Source: Patescibacteria group bacterium
GTDB lineage: Bacteria > Patescibacteriota > Patescibacteriia > 2-12-FULL-60-25
Direction of reading: 5' to 3'
Length of the DNA stretch: 64,000 nucleotides
Assembly (NCBI GenBank): GCA_041665165.1
Contig: JBAYJJ010000001.1
Location: 7,210 to 71,209 of the forward strand
In this document: positions 43,072-52,422 of the stretch, piece after piece
Layout of the letters: every line of letters starts with the position of its first letter
How positions within the stretch are numbered: position 1 is the stretch's first letter
Translations under genes and position numbers: made by a program
Notes under the pieces: model-generated
What the model was told of the DNA's origin: nothing
Database searches by the model: none
What the model saw: the letters and a program-made list of their open reading frames with translations, nothing else

Positions 43072-44289
43072 TCAAATAATTGACTTGTAGATTTTTTCGA
43101 GTTTATCGAGATGGTCATTCCAATTGAATTTTTTAACAAATTCTCCAGCCGCTTTTCCCATTGCGATCCTTTCGCCTTGATACATCCTTTCCATTTTTGA
43201 GATTGCAGCCACCCAAGATTCTACCTGGCCTGGTTCGGCCAAGAAGCCGGTCTTGCCATCCTCAACCATTTCTGGCAGGCCGCCGATTCTTGATGCAATC
43301 ACCGGCAGATTCATGCCCATGGCTTCGAGGACCGTGAGCGGCGCATTTTCATACCAGACCGACGGTATGAGCATGGCCTTTGCATTCACCCGAATGTTTT
43401 CCAGATCTTTGCCTGTTTTAAATCCCAAAAATTCTATGCACCCAGGCGCCAATCCGCGCGCCAAAGTCTCAAGCCTGATTTTTTCCGGGCCCGAACCTAT
43501 GATCTGAACTTTTATGTCTTTCAATAAAGCTGCGGCGCGAATTATTGTTTCAACGCCTTTTTCAGGGTACAGCCGGCCGACAAAAATATACGATCCATTC
43601 TCATTCCCCAGCGCTTTGACAGAATTTTCGTCAGCTGGATTCGGCACATACTGAAATTTGCCGGGTGGCTCGCCCCATTCAACCATCTTGTCCATCAAAA
43701 AGCGCGAAGGCGAAATAAACGTTGAGATTGTTTTTTCGTATGACTGAGAAACTTTAGTCATGCCCATTTCTAAAGCGCCCAAAATATTCGGCGCTATTCC
43801 GTTGAATAAGCATTGATGTGCGATCGCCTGATAATATTTCCCTCCCTTGCATCTTTCGCAAACTTGGCCTTGTGTGAACATCTTATAATTCGGACAAGCC
43901 AGCTTGTAATCATGCAAAGTCTGGACTGCTGGCACTTGCTTTTGCCTGATCACTTTAAGGATGCTGCTTGATAGATGGTGATAGATGTTGTGCAAATGAA
44001 CCACATCCGGCTTGACTTCATCGATCATCCTGGCAAGTTCGCGCGCCGCCTCGCTGTTCCATAAAAAGTTTTTAGCTTTTTTCGCATCTTTCGCCAGACC
44101 TTCGCGCTTGTCATAGGCATAGCGCGTAACGAAGTACTGGCTATCAAGGGATGGACGATTGCCTTCGCTCTTGGTGGAAAATATATGGACTTCATGCCCT
44201 CTGGCCTTTAATTTTTCCATCAAGGCAGGTATGTAAAACTCCGGCCCGCCGCGGTAATCAAAAAATTTATTTACTTGCAAGATTTTCAT
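43072..44289 (-). CDS. GT4 glycosyltransferase with a Cys-rich insertion
   Basis: 405 aa. MKILQVNKFFDYRGGPE, a CPNYK...CERCKGGKYYQAIAHQC insertion, and ...IPSVWYENAPLTVLEAMGMNLPVIASRIGGLPE (EX7E). Confidence 0.8.
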   Translation of the reverse strand: MKILQVNKFFDYRGGPEFYIPALMEKLKARGHEVHIFSTKSEGNRPSLDSQYFVTRYAYDKREGLAKDAKKAKNFLWNSEAARELARMIDEVKPDVVHLHNIYHHLSSSILKVIRQKQVPAVQTLHDYKLACPNYKMFTQGQVCERCKGGKYYQAIAHQCLFNGIAPNILGALEMGMTKVSQSYEKTISTFISPSRFLMDKMVEWGEPPGKFQYVPNPADENSVKALGNENGSYIFVGRLYPEKGVETIIRAAALLKDIKVQIIGSGPEKIRLETLARGLAPGCIEFLGFKTGKDLENIRVNAKAMLIPSVWYENAPLTVLEAMGMNLPVIASRIGGLPEMVEDGKTGFLAEPGQVESWVAAISKMERMYQGERIAMGKAAGEFVKKFNWNDHLDKLEKIYKSII

Positions 44290-46037
44290 ACATGGAAGAT
44301 GGTTGATGTTTTAATGGCTTCGGCCGAAAAAGGCGCCGGTAAATCCCCTTGTCCCAACATTTTTCGATAGAGGCCGGCATAGGCCTGAGCCATTTTTTCT
44401 TCGGAAAACTCATTCCACTTTTCTTTCATGGCCGTGGCATTGGCTTTAGCCACAAAATACATTGGCTTGTTCAGTACCTCTGCCAGCGCCTGCTGCAAAT
44501 CCTCCTCGCTGTTCGGTTTAACGAAAAGGACTTCATCTTGGTCAAATAGTTCTTTCAGCGGCCCTATGTCCGAAGCCACAATCGGCAAGCCAGCGACTGC
44601 AGCTTCAATCACAGCCAGGCCCAAGCCCTCCCACAAAGAGGGGAAGACAAAGACATCGTATTCAGCATACAAGTCAGCTGTGCTCACATTGCCCAAAAAT
44701 CTGACCCTGGCTTCAAGACTGAGCTGAGCGACTAAGCCTTCGAGCGCTGGTCGCAAACTGCCGCTGCCAGCGATATCCAATTTCCAGGGTCGTTTGATAT
44801 TGGCCAAAGCGCGCAAAAGCAGGATTGGATTTTTTTGTTCTTCCAGCCGTCCGACAAACAAGACGCGCGGCACGTCATGGAAAGGGCTAGCTGACCTTTT
44901 TTTGATTTTTGATAGGTCAATGCCGTTGTAAATGACTTTTATCTTTTCCTTTTTTATCCAGTAATCGCGCGCCATGTGTATTTTGACCTGATTGGAAACC
45001 GCCACATATGCGTCGCTGAAGCCGGAAAGCAGAATCAAGCTGACGCGCCCCAAAGTTCCATAATCGCAAAAAACATTATGCTCGGTCGTGATAACTCTTT
45101 CTGCTCCGGCAAACTTGGCTGCCAGCCTGCCCCAAGTATCAGACGCGAAAAGATGGGTATGCACGATCTGCGGCTTAAGATTTTTCAGGATATTGATCAG
45201 CTCGAAAAATATCTTGATTCGGCCATAACCTGGCACACGCTCAAGCTTGATGTAGTTTATGCCTTTGCTTTTTATCCTAGATTCAAGCGCGCCGCCGCTG
45301 ACTAAGCTGAGCATCATTGTCTCAAAACCGAGCTCTGGCAGTTTCTCGGACAGGTTCATGGCCACGATTTCTGCGCCGCCCATCAAAAAAGTCGGGAGCA
45401 CTTGCAAAACCAACGGGGATTCGGAAGAAGGGAAGAGCTCCAAGAGCCAGGCCCTGGAAAAATATTCAGGCAAACAGGCGGCAGTCAGCCCGTCCAGCCA
45501 ATCTGTAAGATGGAAATATTTATCTTTTTTCAAGCCTTTGCTACCGGACGCAATCCCTAAATTCATTGATCTAAAAACTCTAAAAGCATGTCCTCTTGTC
45601 GCATCTCTGATTTTTTCAAGCTTTTCCTTTTTCGATTCGACTTTGACGAACAGCCGGCCATTGTCTTTGATCTTGTTTTTTAATGCATCCAAAACAGACA
45701 AATCAAAATCAGGGGACACGATTGAATTGAATGTCTTGTTCGGCAGCTGCTCAAAATTGCCGATTATTCCGTTGAGTTCCAAGCCCGCGGCCGCAGCGAT
45801 TTCCTTGGCTTGTTCAAGATCCTTGTCCGAATCAAATGTCGCGGTCACTTGCATGCCCAAGGCCAAAAACGGAAGCGCGAGCTGAGGATCTTTGTTGCAC
45901 AAAATCGCGATGCCACAAGCTTCGTCGCTTGATTCCCAATGCCGGAGCGCGCCTTGCACGTAAAAATCCAACTCGCGCAGACCACCGAGCCGACGGTAGT
46001 GATTGCTTAAAGAGTGATAAGGTTGAGTTGGACGCAT
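44286..46037 (-). CDS. GT4 glycosyltransferase with an N-terminal Rossmann/methyltransferase-like domain
   Basis: The track start at 46046 is a TTG; the first ATG is at 46037. The N-terminal ~200 aa is GIAILCNKD...LGMQVTATFDSDKDLEQAKEI.... The C-terminal part is LQVLPTFLMGGAE...FPSLWEGLGLAVIEAAVAGLPIVASDIGPLKE. Confidence 0.7.
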   Translation of the reverse strand: MRPTQPYHSLSNHYRRLGGLRELDFYVQGALRHWESSDEACGIAILCNKDPQLALPFLALGMQVTATFDSDKDLEQAKEIAAAAGLELNGIIGNFEQLPNKTFNSIVSPDFDLSVLDALKNKIKDNGRLFVKVESKKEKLEKIRDATRGHAFRVFRSMNLGIASGSKGLKKDKYFHLTDWLDGLTAACLPEYFSRAWLLELFPSSESPLVLQVLPTFLMGGAEIVAMNLSEKLPELGFETMMLSLVSGGALESRIKSKGINYIKLERVPGYGRIKIFFELINILKNLKPQIVHTHLFASDTWGRLAAKFAGAERVITTEHNVFCDYGTLGRVSLILLSGFSDAYVAVSNQVKIHMARDYWIKKEKIKVIYNGIDLSKIKKRSASPFHDVPRVLFVGRLEEQKNPILLLRALANIKRPWKLDIAGSGSLRPALEGLVAQLSLEARVRFLGNVSTADLYAEYDVFVFPSLWEGLGLAVIEAAVAGLPIVASDIGPLKELFDQDEVLFVKPNSEEDLQQALAEVLNKPMYFVAKANATAMKEKWNEFSEEKMAQAYAGLYRKMLGQGDLPAPFSAEAIKTSTIFHV

Positions 46038-46043
46038 AACTAT

Positions 46044-46155
46044 CAATTAAAAATTCAAAATTGATAATTCAAAATTCAGGAGGCCTTTGGCTTTTATCTG
46101 GTAATCCGCGAAGCGGCACATGAACTTTGAATTTTGCATTTTTAATTTTGAATTA
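46044..46155. repeat. Inverted pair of AT-rich heptamer arrays flanking a 42-nt core
   Basis: The left array (46044-46078) is CAATTAA AAATTCA AAATTGA TAATTCA AAATTCA. The right array (46121-46155) is TGAACTT TGAATTT TGCATTT TTAATTT TGAATTA. TGAATTT is the exact reverse complement of AAATTCA. The right array covers the stop codon and last codons of the 46142 gene. Confidence 0.75.
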
Positions 46156-47647
46156 TTTCAGTTTCATTCGTCTCAAATATCTTAAGCGCAGCGAACAGGA
46201 TTCCGATGGGCAGCCAAAGATGGGCCGTCCAATAAGCTGTGTTGAAAAACTGATAGATGACAGCGCCCGCGGCACTGGCCGCCAAAATCACGCACACAAT
46301 CCGGGCCGTATCCTTCATGGGCTTGATTTTGGAAAACGCCAGCCAAAAACTTTCCAAAAGCACTAAGGCATAGGCAATGAGCCCCAGCGCGCCGGTTTCA
46401 GTCATAAGCTTTTGCGCAAACCCGTGCGCATCCAGCGGGGCGCCGAATTCCTGGGCAAACACTTGGGCATTAGCCACGCGCCCCAAAAAAGTGCCGGCAC
46501 CGCTGCCAATGACGGGCTGTTCCAAAAAAGAATAATAAGCGATTTCAGACAGCATCAAGCGCGTTGCATTTGAATCTTGCGCTGTGCGCGAAAAACTGAA
46601 ATATAATTGGAAGATGGCGAGCGGCGTGATGATCAAAATCAAAGTCGCGATCTCAAAAGCATATTGTTTTATCTTGTGCCTCCACAGAGTCAGCATCAAA
46701 AACACGATCTGGATGATCAGCACGATCCAGGCTGTGCGCGCCAAAGTCAGCAATGCGACAAGAGCTTGGAGGGCCGCCGCACCATACAGAAGATGGCGCG
46801 TGCGTGATTTTTTCGCCAGATATGCCAAAGCCAAAGTGCTCGGCGCAGTGAACAATAAAGTCTCAGCCAAAAGATTATGATTGTTGCCGAACAAATCAAA
46901 TCCAAACAAAGGTATGGGATGGGCGCGCCTGATTGTTTGGTTTGTGAACTCAAGGCTTACCAAAGACAACAACCCATCAACAGATGCGATAAGCCCAACT
47001 GTTGTCAAAATGCCCAGCGCGGCTTTAAGGCGCCGCAGAGATCTGATCAAATTGGCTGGCAAAGCAATGAATGCCACATAGCAAAAAACTACGGGTCGTA
47101 AAATAAATTTCAAGATTAAAACCGGATCCGGGCCATACGAGCTAAAAATTGAAATCAGATGTGCTGCAACCAATCCCAGATACGAACGCCAGATTGGCAA
47201 TTGAGGTTTCCAATTCGTGTCCCTGCGTCTGAACCAAAGAATGAAAACTTTAATGGCCCACGCCCCTATCACTAAGACCAAAAAGATTTCCCCCAGAAAA
47301 AGATCAATTGATCCGGCAAAGGCACTTTCTGCTGTGTCTGAAGTTCCTAATGGCACAGATACGGTCAAACCCAGCATGCAAGACAAAAAAAGCGCTATAT
47401 ATAGAAAAAAATACGTATATCTGTATGCCAAAATCATGCCTAAAATGGCGCAACCCAGCAAAACTGGGCCAAAAGGTAGGCCAAAAGCGACTAAAACTGA
47501 ACCAATGAACAAGACTAAAAACACTCCCCAGGAAAGCAAGGGCAAACTCCTGATTTTTTCGCTCAACCAAGGCGTTTTTAAGGCTTTAACGCTTTCCTCC
47601 ATTGTCCTAAAAGCATACCATGAGTTAGCCCTGGTAAAAAAGTGCAT
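46142..47647 (-). CDS. O-antigen ligase/polymerase-like (Wzy_C) membrane protein
   Basis: 501 aa with at least 10 hydrophobic segments. The central LTLARTAWIVLIIQ... region is typical of the O-antigen ligase family. Confidence 0.65.
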   Translation of the reverse strand: MHFFTRANSWYAFRTMEESVKALKTPWLSEKIRSLPLLSWGVFLVLFIGSVLVAFGLPFGPVLLGCAILGMILAYRYTYFFLYIALFLSCMLGLTVSVPLGTSDTAESAFAGSIDLFLGEIFLVLVIGAWAIKVFILWFRRRDTNWKPQLPIWRSYLGLVAAHLISIFSSYGPDPVLILKFILRPVVFCYVAFIALPANLIRSLRRLKAALGILTTVGLIASVDGLLSLVSLEFTNQTIRRAHPIPLFGFDLFGNNHNLLAETLLFTAPSTLALAYLAKKSRTRHLLYGAAALQALVALLTLARTAWIVLIIQIVFLMLTLWRHKIKQYAFEIATLILIITPLAIFQLYFSFSRTAQDSNATRLMLSEIAYYSFLEQPVIGSGAGTFLGRVANAQVFAQEFGAPLDAHGFAQKLMTETGALGLIAYALVLLESFWLAFSKIKPMKDTARIVCVILAASAAGAVIYQFFNTAYWTAHLWLPIGILFAALKIFETNETEIIQN

Positions 47648-47774
47648 AAACTACTTAAAAAAATGACACAGCTTTCCAAAGCTCCCCTCTTGACAAAGGA
47701 GCCAAATTACTGGTAAGAAGCTCTCACTAGAGATGAAGGAGCGATCCTTCGACAACTCAAACAGGAGGTTGGTG

Positions 47775-49694
47775 ATGCGACGTCAGAATGCGATTCGGTA
47801 CATGTTGTTGGGAGGGATCGTTCTTGCGGGATCGATCGACACCGGGTGCCAAGGGAGCTACGACCACAAGGAGCAGTACAGCCAGGTGCAACAGGCCTTG
47901 TCCTGCGCACCGGGTGTTTTCACCCACGGATGTACCTACGAGCAGCAGAACGAGACTTGCTATTTCGACGGCAAGCCCCTCGTCTGCGCGAACTGCATCT
48001 GGTGGGACCAAGCAGCTCTGACCAAGAGCGGTGGGCACATCCCCGATAATTCCAAATGCCAGCCCAGCGAAGCTGGTGCCGGTGGAACGTCCACGGGCGG
48101 GACTGGTGGAAACCAGGACGCCTCGGCTGGCTCTGGAGGTACGTCTGTCGGAGGAACGGGCGGAACCTCAACCGGAGGCACGGGTGGTACCGACCAGGAT
48201 GCGGCAGCTGGAAGCGCAGGAACCGGTGGAACCGTTTGCTCCTGCACACCAGGAACCAAGTTCGGTCCGTGCGAAGGTGATGGCTGGCAGTACTGTCTTG
48301 CGGACTGCATCAACCTGACCGCTTGTCTCCACACTGGAGCAGGAGGCTCGGGCGGCAGCTCGACCGGCGGCGCAGCAGGCAGCGGCGCTGGCGGGACCAC
48401 GACTGGCGGCAACGCGGGCGCAGCAACCGGAGGCACGGCTGGTGTCGGCGGAACTTCCACAGGTGGATCGTCCGGAACCGGAGGCACAGCAACCGGCGGA
48501 AGCGCAGGTGCAGCTGGTGCTTTGACTGGCGGATCTGGCGGCACGGCTGGCACGGGCGGAACCTCTACCGGAGGAACTGCAGGCCAGGCTGGTGTGGCTG
48601 GAAGTGCGGGGTCCTCGACCGGAGGCACGAACGCTGGCGGCGCTGGCGGGACCACGACTGGCGGCAGTGCAGGCGCAGCAGGTGCTTTGACCGGTGGATC
48701 TGGCGGCACGAGCGCAGGCGGAAGCGCAGGCGCAGCTGGCACGGGCGGAACGTCAGGAGATTGCAAGGGTGGCCAGGAATGCGCCACGTATTCCTTCCCC
48801 CCGGACTACAGCTGCAAGGAAACACTGCCTCAAGAGCCAGGATCAGACGCCGGACTGGAAGTCGTGACGTTCGGCTGCGTCTGTGGCTGGGTTATGTCGA
48901 TCGACGCCATCCCGTACATGGTCTGCCAAGATGGCGGAGCAGGAGGCTCGGGCGGCACCGGAGGCACTTCGTCGACCGGCGGAAGCGCTGGCGCAGCTGG
49001 TGCTTTGACCGGCGGCGCAGGCGGAACGACAGCCGGTGGTTCAGGTGGCACGAGCACGGGTGGCACGGCAGGCAATGCCGGTTCATCCACTGGTGGCACG
49101 TCGGCCGGAGGTGCAGGCGGATCTGGCGGTGTTCTGCCGGACGCAGGTTCCTCGCTCAAGAATCCCGAATTCCTGACCGACCCATGCGTGGACGCGGATC
49201 GCGCGATCTCGCCGACCACGCTCCCCGCAATCGGACTCTGGCTCCAATACCAGGCGCCGATCAAGCTACCGGACACGCTGCTCGGCGAGTACGACTGGAC
49301 CAACTACACTACGCCAGGGTACACGGATACCAAGTGGCAGATTCGAACAGCCACTTCCTCGACCGCGGCCACGAGCATCTTCGCCCTGCTCATCAACACC
49401 CCGGGCCTGTCCTATGACCGCTGGTTCATGGTCAAGCAGATCGACCCTCTGTCCACGCAGGATTGCCTGTTCTACAACAGCGACGGGTACTACTGCAACT
49501 ACTCACCGGATGCCACGCAGACCGGAACCCTGTTCTGCTCTGGCACCTGGACCCTGTGGCTGGACAATGTCCAGGTCACGACCTACACGGATGCGGCAGG
49601 TGTGACACCCGCTCTGCCCTTCGTCAAAACCTTCACGTTCAAGGATGGAAATTGGGCGCCCAAGATCGGCGTCCGTCTCCCCCTCGCTACGTGA
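47775..49694 (+). CDS. Secreted Gly/Thr/Ser/Ala-repeat protein with Cys-rich modules (possible lipoprotein)
   Basis: The ATG at 47775 is preceded by AGGAGG with a 6-nt spacing; the track start at 47733 lacks a ribosome-binding site. It has the signal-like MRRQNAIRYMLLGGIVLAGSIDTGC, then four GGTSTGG/GGSAGAAGALTGG tracts separating Cys-containing modules. It is very G+C-rich. Confidence 0.7.
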   Translation: MRRQNAIRYMLLGGIVLAGSIDTGCQGSYDHKEQYSQVQQALSCAPGVFTHGCTYEQQNETCYFDGKPLVCANCIWWDQAALTKSGGHIPDNSKCQPSEAGAGGTSTGGTGGNQDASAGSGGTSVGGTGGTSTGGTGGTDQDAAAGSAGTGGTVCSCTPGTKFGPCEGDGWQYCLADCINLTACLHTGAGGSGGSSTGGAAGSGAGGTTTGGNAGAATGGTAGVGGTSTGGSSGTGGTATGGSAGAAGALTGGSGGTAGTGGTSTGGTAGQAGVAGSAGSSTGGTNAGGAGGTTTGGSAGAAGALTGGSGGTSAGGSAGAAGTGGTSGDCKGGQECATYSFPPDYSCKETLPQEPGSDAGLEVVTFGCVCGWVMSIDAIPYMVCQDGGAGGSGGTGGTSSTGGSAGAAGALTGGAGGTTAGGSGGTSTGGTAGNAGSSTGGTSAGGAGGSGGVLPDAGSSLKNPEFLTDPCVDADRAISPTTLPAIGLWLQYQAPIKLPDTLLGEYDWTNYTTPGYTDTKWQIRTATSSTAATSIFALLINTPGLSYDRWFMVKQIDPLSTQDCLFYNSDGYYCNYSPDATQTGTLFCSGTWTLWLDNVQVTTYTDAAGVTPALPFVKTFTFKDGNWAPKIGVRLPLAT

Positions 49695-49724
49695 TTCTCG
49701 ACGCGTTCCTAGAACGTGTCTCTC

Positions 49725-49751
49725 GACGCCCTTAAGCAAGGCGTCTTTTTT
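49725..49751 (+). terminator. Rho-independent terminator
   Basis: Stem GACGCC/GGCGTC (49725-49730 / 49740-49745) followed by TTTTTT (49746-49751), 30 nt after the stop codon. Confidence 0.65.
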
Positions 49752-49765
49752 ATTCGCTTCGCTCG

Positions 49766-49799
49766 TACGAATTACGAATTTGTATACGAATATACGAAT
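49766..49799. repeat. Four copies of TACGAAT (two in strict 7-nt tandem)
   Basis: TACGAAT occurs at 49766, 49773, 49785 and 49793. The region is also partly palindromic (ACGAATTCGT). Confidence 0.6.
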
Positions 49800-49824
49800 T
49801 CGTTTGCAAAAAAAACGAGGCATA

Positions 49825-49940
49825 CCAGAGGCTGCCAGTTGGCTCCCCTCCTCCTTCTGTCATTTCGAGCGCTTCCTCCCCTTTTTGTCATTTCGAGCGG
49901 AGTTTGACGGAGTCGAGAAATCGTCGATTCTTGTGTTACC
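49825..49940 (+). repeat. Repeat family A, copy 1 (composite palindromic element)
   Basis: CCAGAGGCTGCCAGTTGGCTCCCCTCCTCC is followed by two TGTCATTTCGAGCG boxes and GAGTCGAGAAATC. It aligns with the reverse complement of 50245-50428 over about the first 75 nt. Confidence 0.7.
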
Positions 49941-49982
49941 ATTTTTCTGCCAAATCTTCCCAAGTCGGATTCATTGAAGTAA

Positions 49983-50216
49983 TCAAATCACCTTCTTTGT
50001 TCTTGACCAGCGCTTTATTTGCTTCTCACGTTCAATTACTGCCATGACATCATTGCCAACTTCAAAATAAACTAGGCGATCACATCCATATTTTTTAGTA
50101 AAACCAGGAACAGCATGCATTCTATGTTCTGCGATACGCCTATTTAGATCATTAGTCATCCCGACATACAAAGTACCCGAAGGAGATGACGTGATATAGA
50201 TAAAATAATCCTTCAT
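49983..50216 (-). CDS. Small GIY-YIG nuclease-family protein
   Basis: The ATG at 50216 gives MKDYFIYITSSPSGTLYVGMTNDLNRRIAEHRMHAVPGFTKKYGCDRLVYFE...AIEREKQIKRWSRTKK, a classic GIY...YVG...R..EH...E.K motif series. The upstream part of the track ORF is read through repeat A and was discarded. Confidence 0.8.
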   Translation of the reverse strand: MKDYFIYITSSPSGTLYVGMTNDLNRRIAEHRMHAVPGFTKKYGCDRLVYFEVGNDVMAVIEREKQIKRWSRTKKVI

Positions 50217-50244
50217 ATAATTAGAATAAACAAAATTTGCATTC

Positions 50245-50428
50245 TTGTCATTTCGAGCGAAACGAAGTGAAGTCGAGAAATCTCCGAATCCAACGTTACC
50301 AAGTAACTTCAGTTTCCGAGATCTCTCGACTGACGCTCGAGATGACAAAAGGGGGTACAGTCGAGATGACAAGGGGAGGAAATAGTCAAGATGACAAAGC
50401 AGGCGGGGAACCAACTAGCAGCCTGTGG
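50245..50428 (-). repeat. Repeat family A, copy 2 (longest copy)
   Basis: Its reverse complement reads CCACAGGCTGCTAGTTGGTTCCCC...TTGTCATCTTGAC...TTGTCATCTCGAC...TTTGTCATCTCGAGCG...GAGAGATCTCGGAAACTGAAGTTACTTGGTAACGTTGGATTCGGAGATTTCTCGAC...CGCTCGAAATGACAAG. Confidence 0.75.
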
Positions 50429-50550
50429 TTATCAAACCGTCCCATTATCAAGGGGACAGCTTTGATGCCCGCATCAAAGCAGGGGATCTTCGGGTATAAA
50501 AAGAGGGCGCGCACAGAGTCGTACGCGCCCAAAGGAAGTTAACTAAGCTT

Positions 50551-52422
50551 TCACCAGTCAGTCACACCGTTGCAGTTCGCATCCGGGCCGCCGACCAAGT
50601 CAGTCGCACCAGGGTGCGTGTCACCGCTCAGGTCATTACAATCGTGAGGAAGAACGAAACCGTCCGTGTCCCAGTCCGTGGCGCCAGAAGCCTGGACCAT
50701 GACCCTGAGATTGCATCCATTGTGCTGGTTGTTCCATACGCCCTGCACTTCGGGAGTGGCATACTTGTTGCCGTTCTTCTCGATGTAGCAGGCGAATTCG
50801 AACTGCAGTTGGGAAGGATTGTCCCACTGACAGCCAGCATACTGCCAGATGTTATTGCTCGGCGGGTCGCGGTAGGTGCTGAACAAGAACTCGTCGTTCT
50901 CCTTGGGGTTCTGCACCGTGAACGTGCCCCACACAGCATTGTATGTTGGCACGGTCTGCGAGCCAGCGCCCCACAGCACGGCATAGTAGTCGTGCTTGGC
51001 AACGTCCGGCAGAAACACGCGGTAGAAGCACACGAGCTTGGTTGCGCTCGGCGTGCCGCAGCCTTCGTCGATCTGCCCGTCGCAATCGTTGTCCTTGCCA
51101 TCGCAGAGCTCAGTCGCGGCTGGCTGATTTCCGTTGGGGCCAAAGATGTTTGCATCGTTGTCGTTGCAATCACCCTGGGCCACGGTCCTGCCGTCGCCAT
51201 CCTTGTCCTGCGAAACGCTGCAGCCTTCGTCCGTCTGGCCGTTGCAGTTGTCGTCGACTCCGTTGCACTGTTCGGCCGCGCCGGGATTGACATCCGACTT
51301 GGTGTCGTCGCAGTCGCCAATCTTGAGGACGTAGCCCTGAGGCTGAAGGTTGGTATACTGCCAGATCGAGCTGACACCATACCCGTCTCCGTCAACATCC
51401 CTGTACCACATCTGTGGCGGAACGCCGCAGCCTTCGTCAACCAACCCGTTGCAGTCATTGTCTTTGCCATCGCAGGACTCGTACGAAACCCCGGGGTTCA
51501 TCGCCGGGTCGTTGTCGTTGCAGTCGCCCTGGGCCACGGTGAAACCGTCACCATCCTTGTCCTGCGAGACACTGCAGCCTTCGTCAATCTGGTTGTTGCA
51601 GTTGTCGTCGACTCCGTTGCAGAGCTCGACGGCCTTGGGATGGACGCTGGCGTTGTTATCGTCGCAATCGTCGTTGCCAGTAATCCAGTTTACGTAGCCC
51701 GGGAGCCACGCGTCGCAGGGGCTGACGAACAAGTAATCGTTCGGGTCCCCGTAGCCATCGCCGTCCTTGTCGTGCAAACGCCGTTCCTTGGTGTTGCAGG
51801 AGTTCCATCCGCCTGTGCCGCCAGTTCCGGATGATCCGCCTTGCGCGGTTCCACCGGTTCCGGACGATCCACCCGTGGGAGTTCCGCCAACACCAGCTGA
51901 ACCTCCTTGCGAGGTCCCTGCTGTGCCGCCAGTCGAGCTTCCGCCCGTGGAAGTTCCGCCGACGCCACTCGATCCTCCTTGTGAGGATCCTCCAGTTGAC
52001 GAGCCTCCAGTCGAGCTTCCGCCCTGACTCGAACCGCCGGCGCCGCCGGCAGACGTGCCGCCGGTTCCACTGGACCCGCCTGTGGAGGGCTGGCCTGACC
52101 CACCCGCACCGGATGTTCCGGCATCGGGCTGGGTGCAATCGCAAGCGCCGTACGTGTTCTGCGCGTTGCAGACCTGAACGCCCTTGAGGCCTCCAGCGCA
52201 ATCACAGACGATCTGCTGTCCCTGCACGCACTTTGCAGGTGTTCCAGCTGATCCGCCTTGTGCGGTTCCGCCGACACCGGACGAGCCTCCGATTGAGGTG
52301 CCGGCGCTTCCTGCACTGCCTGCAGCAGCCGGAAACTCGGCTTCGTCGCCACTGGTGTCGATGCCGCATCCGACTGCAAGAACCGAAAGCACAACCACGG
52401 ACAATGCCTTGATATTTCTCAT
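50551..52422 (-). CDS. Lipoprotein with a Gly/Ser/Thr linker and five MopE-like putative metal-binding motif repeats
   Basis: 623 aa. Has the lipobox MRNIKALSVVVLSVLAVGC and a GGSSGTGGT linker. Repeats follow the pattern D(K/V)DGDG..........DC(D/N)D......PG..E.C(N/D)G.D(D/N)(N/D)C(N/D)G..DEGC, for example DCDDNNASVHPKAVELCNGVDDNCNNQIDEGC. Confidence 0.75.
   Translation of the reverse strand: MRNIKALSVVVLSVLAVGCGIDTSGDEAEFPAAAGSAGSAGTSIGGSSGVGGTAQGGSAGTPAKCVQGQQIVCDCAGGLKGVQVCNAQNTYGACDCTQPDAGTSGAGGSGQPSTGGSSGTGGTSAGGAGGSSQGGSSTGGSSTGGSSQGGSSGVGGTSTGGSSTGGTAGTSQGGSAGVGGTPTGGSSGTGGTAQGGSSGTGGTGGWNSCNTKERRLHDKDGDGYGDPNDYLFVSPCDAWLPGYVNWITGNDDCDDNNASVHPKAVELCNGVDDNCNNQIDEGCSVSQDKDGDGFTVAQGDCNDNDPAMNPGVSYESCDGKDNDCNGLVDEGCGVPPQMWYRDVDGDGYGVSSIWQYTNLQPQGYVLKIGDCDDTKSDVNPGAAEQCNGVDDNCNGQTDEGCSVSQDKDGDGRTVAQGDCNDNDANIFGPNGNQPAATELCDGKDNDCDGQIDEGCGTPSATKLVCFYRVFLPDVAKHDYYAVLWGAGSQTVPTYNAVWGTFTVQNPKENDEFLFSTYRDPPSNNIWQYAGCQWDNPSQLQFEFACYIEKNGNKYATPEVQGVWNNQHNGCNLRVMVQASGATDWDTDGFVLPHDCNDLSGDTHPGATDLVGGPDANCNGVTDW

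Larger units (their letters stand above)
49825..50428. mobile_element. Candidate mobile unit: GIY-YIG nuclease gene bracketed by inverted family-A repeats
   Basis: Copy A1 (+) and copy A2 (-) face each other around the 78-aa GIY-YIG ORF. The unit is low in G+C and sits between two G+C-rich convergent genes. Confidence 0.4.
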
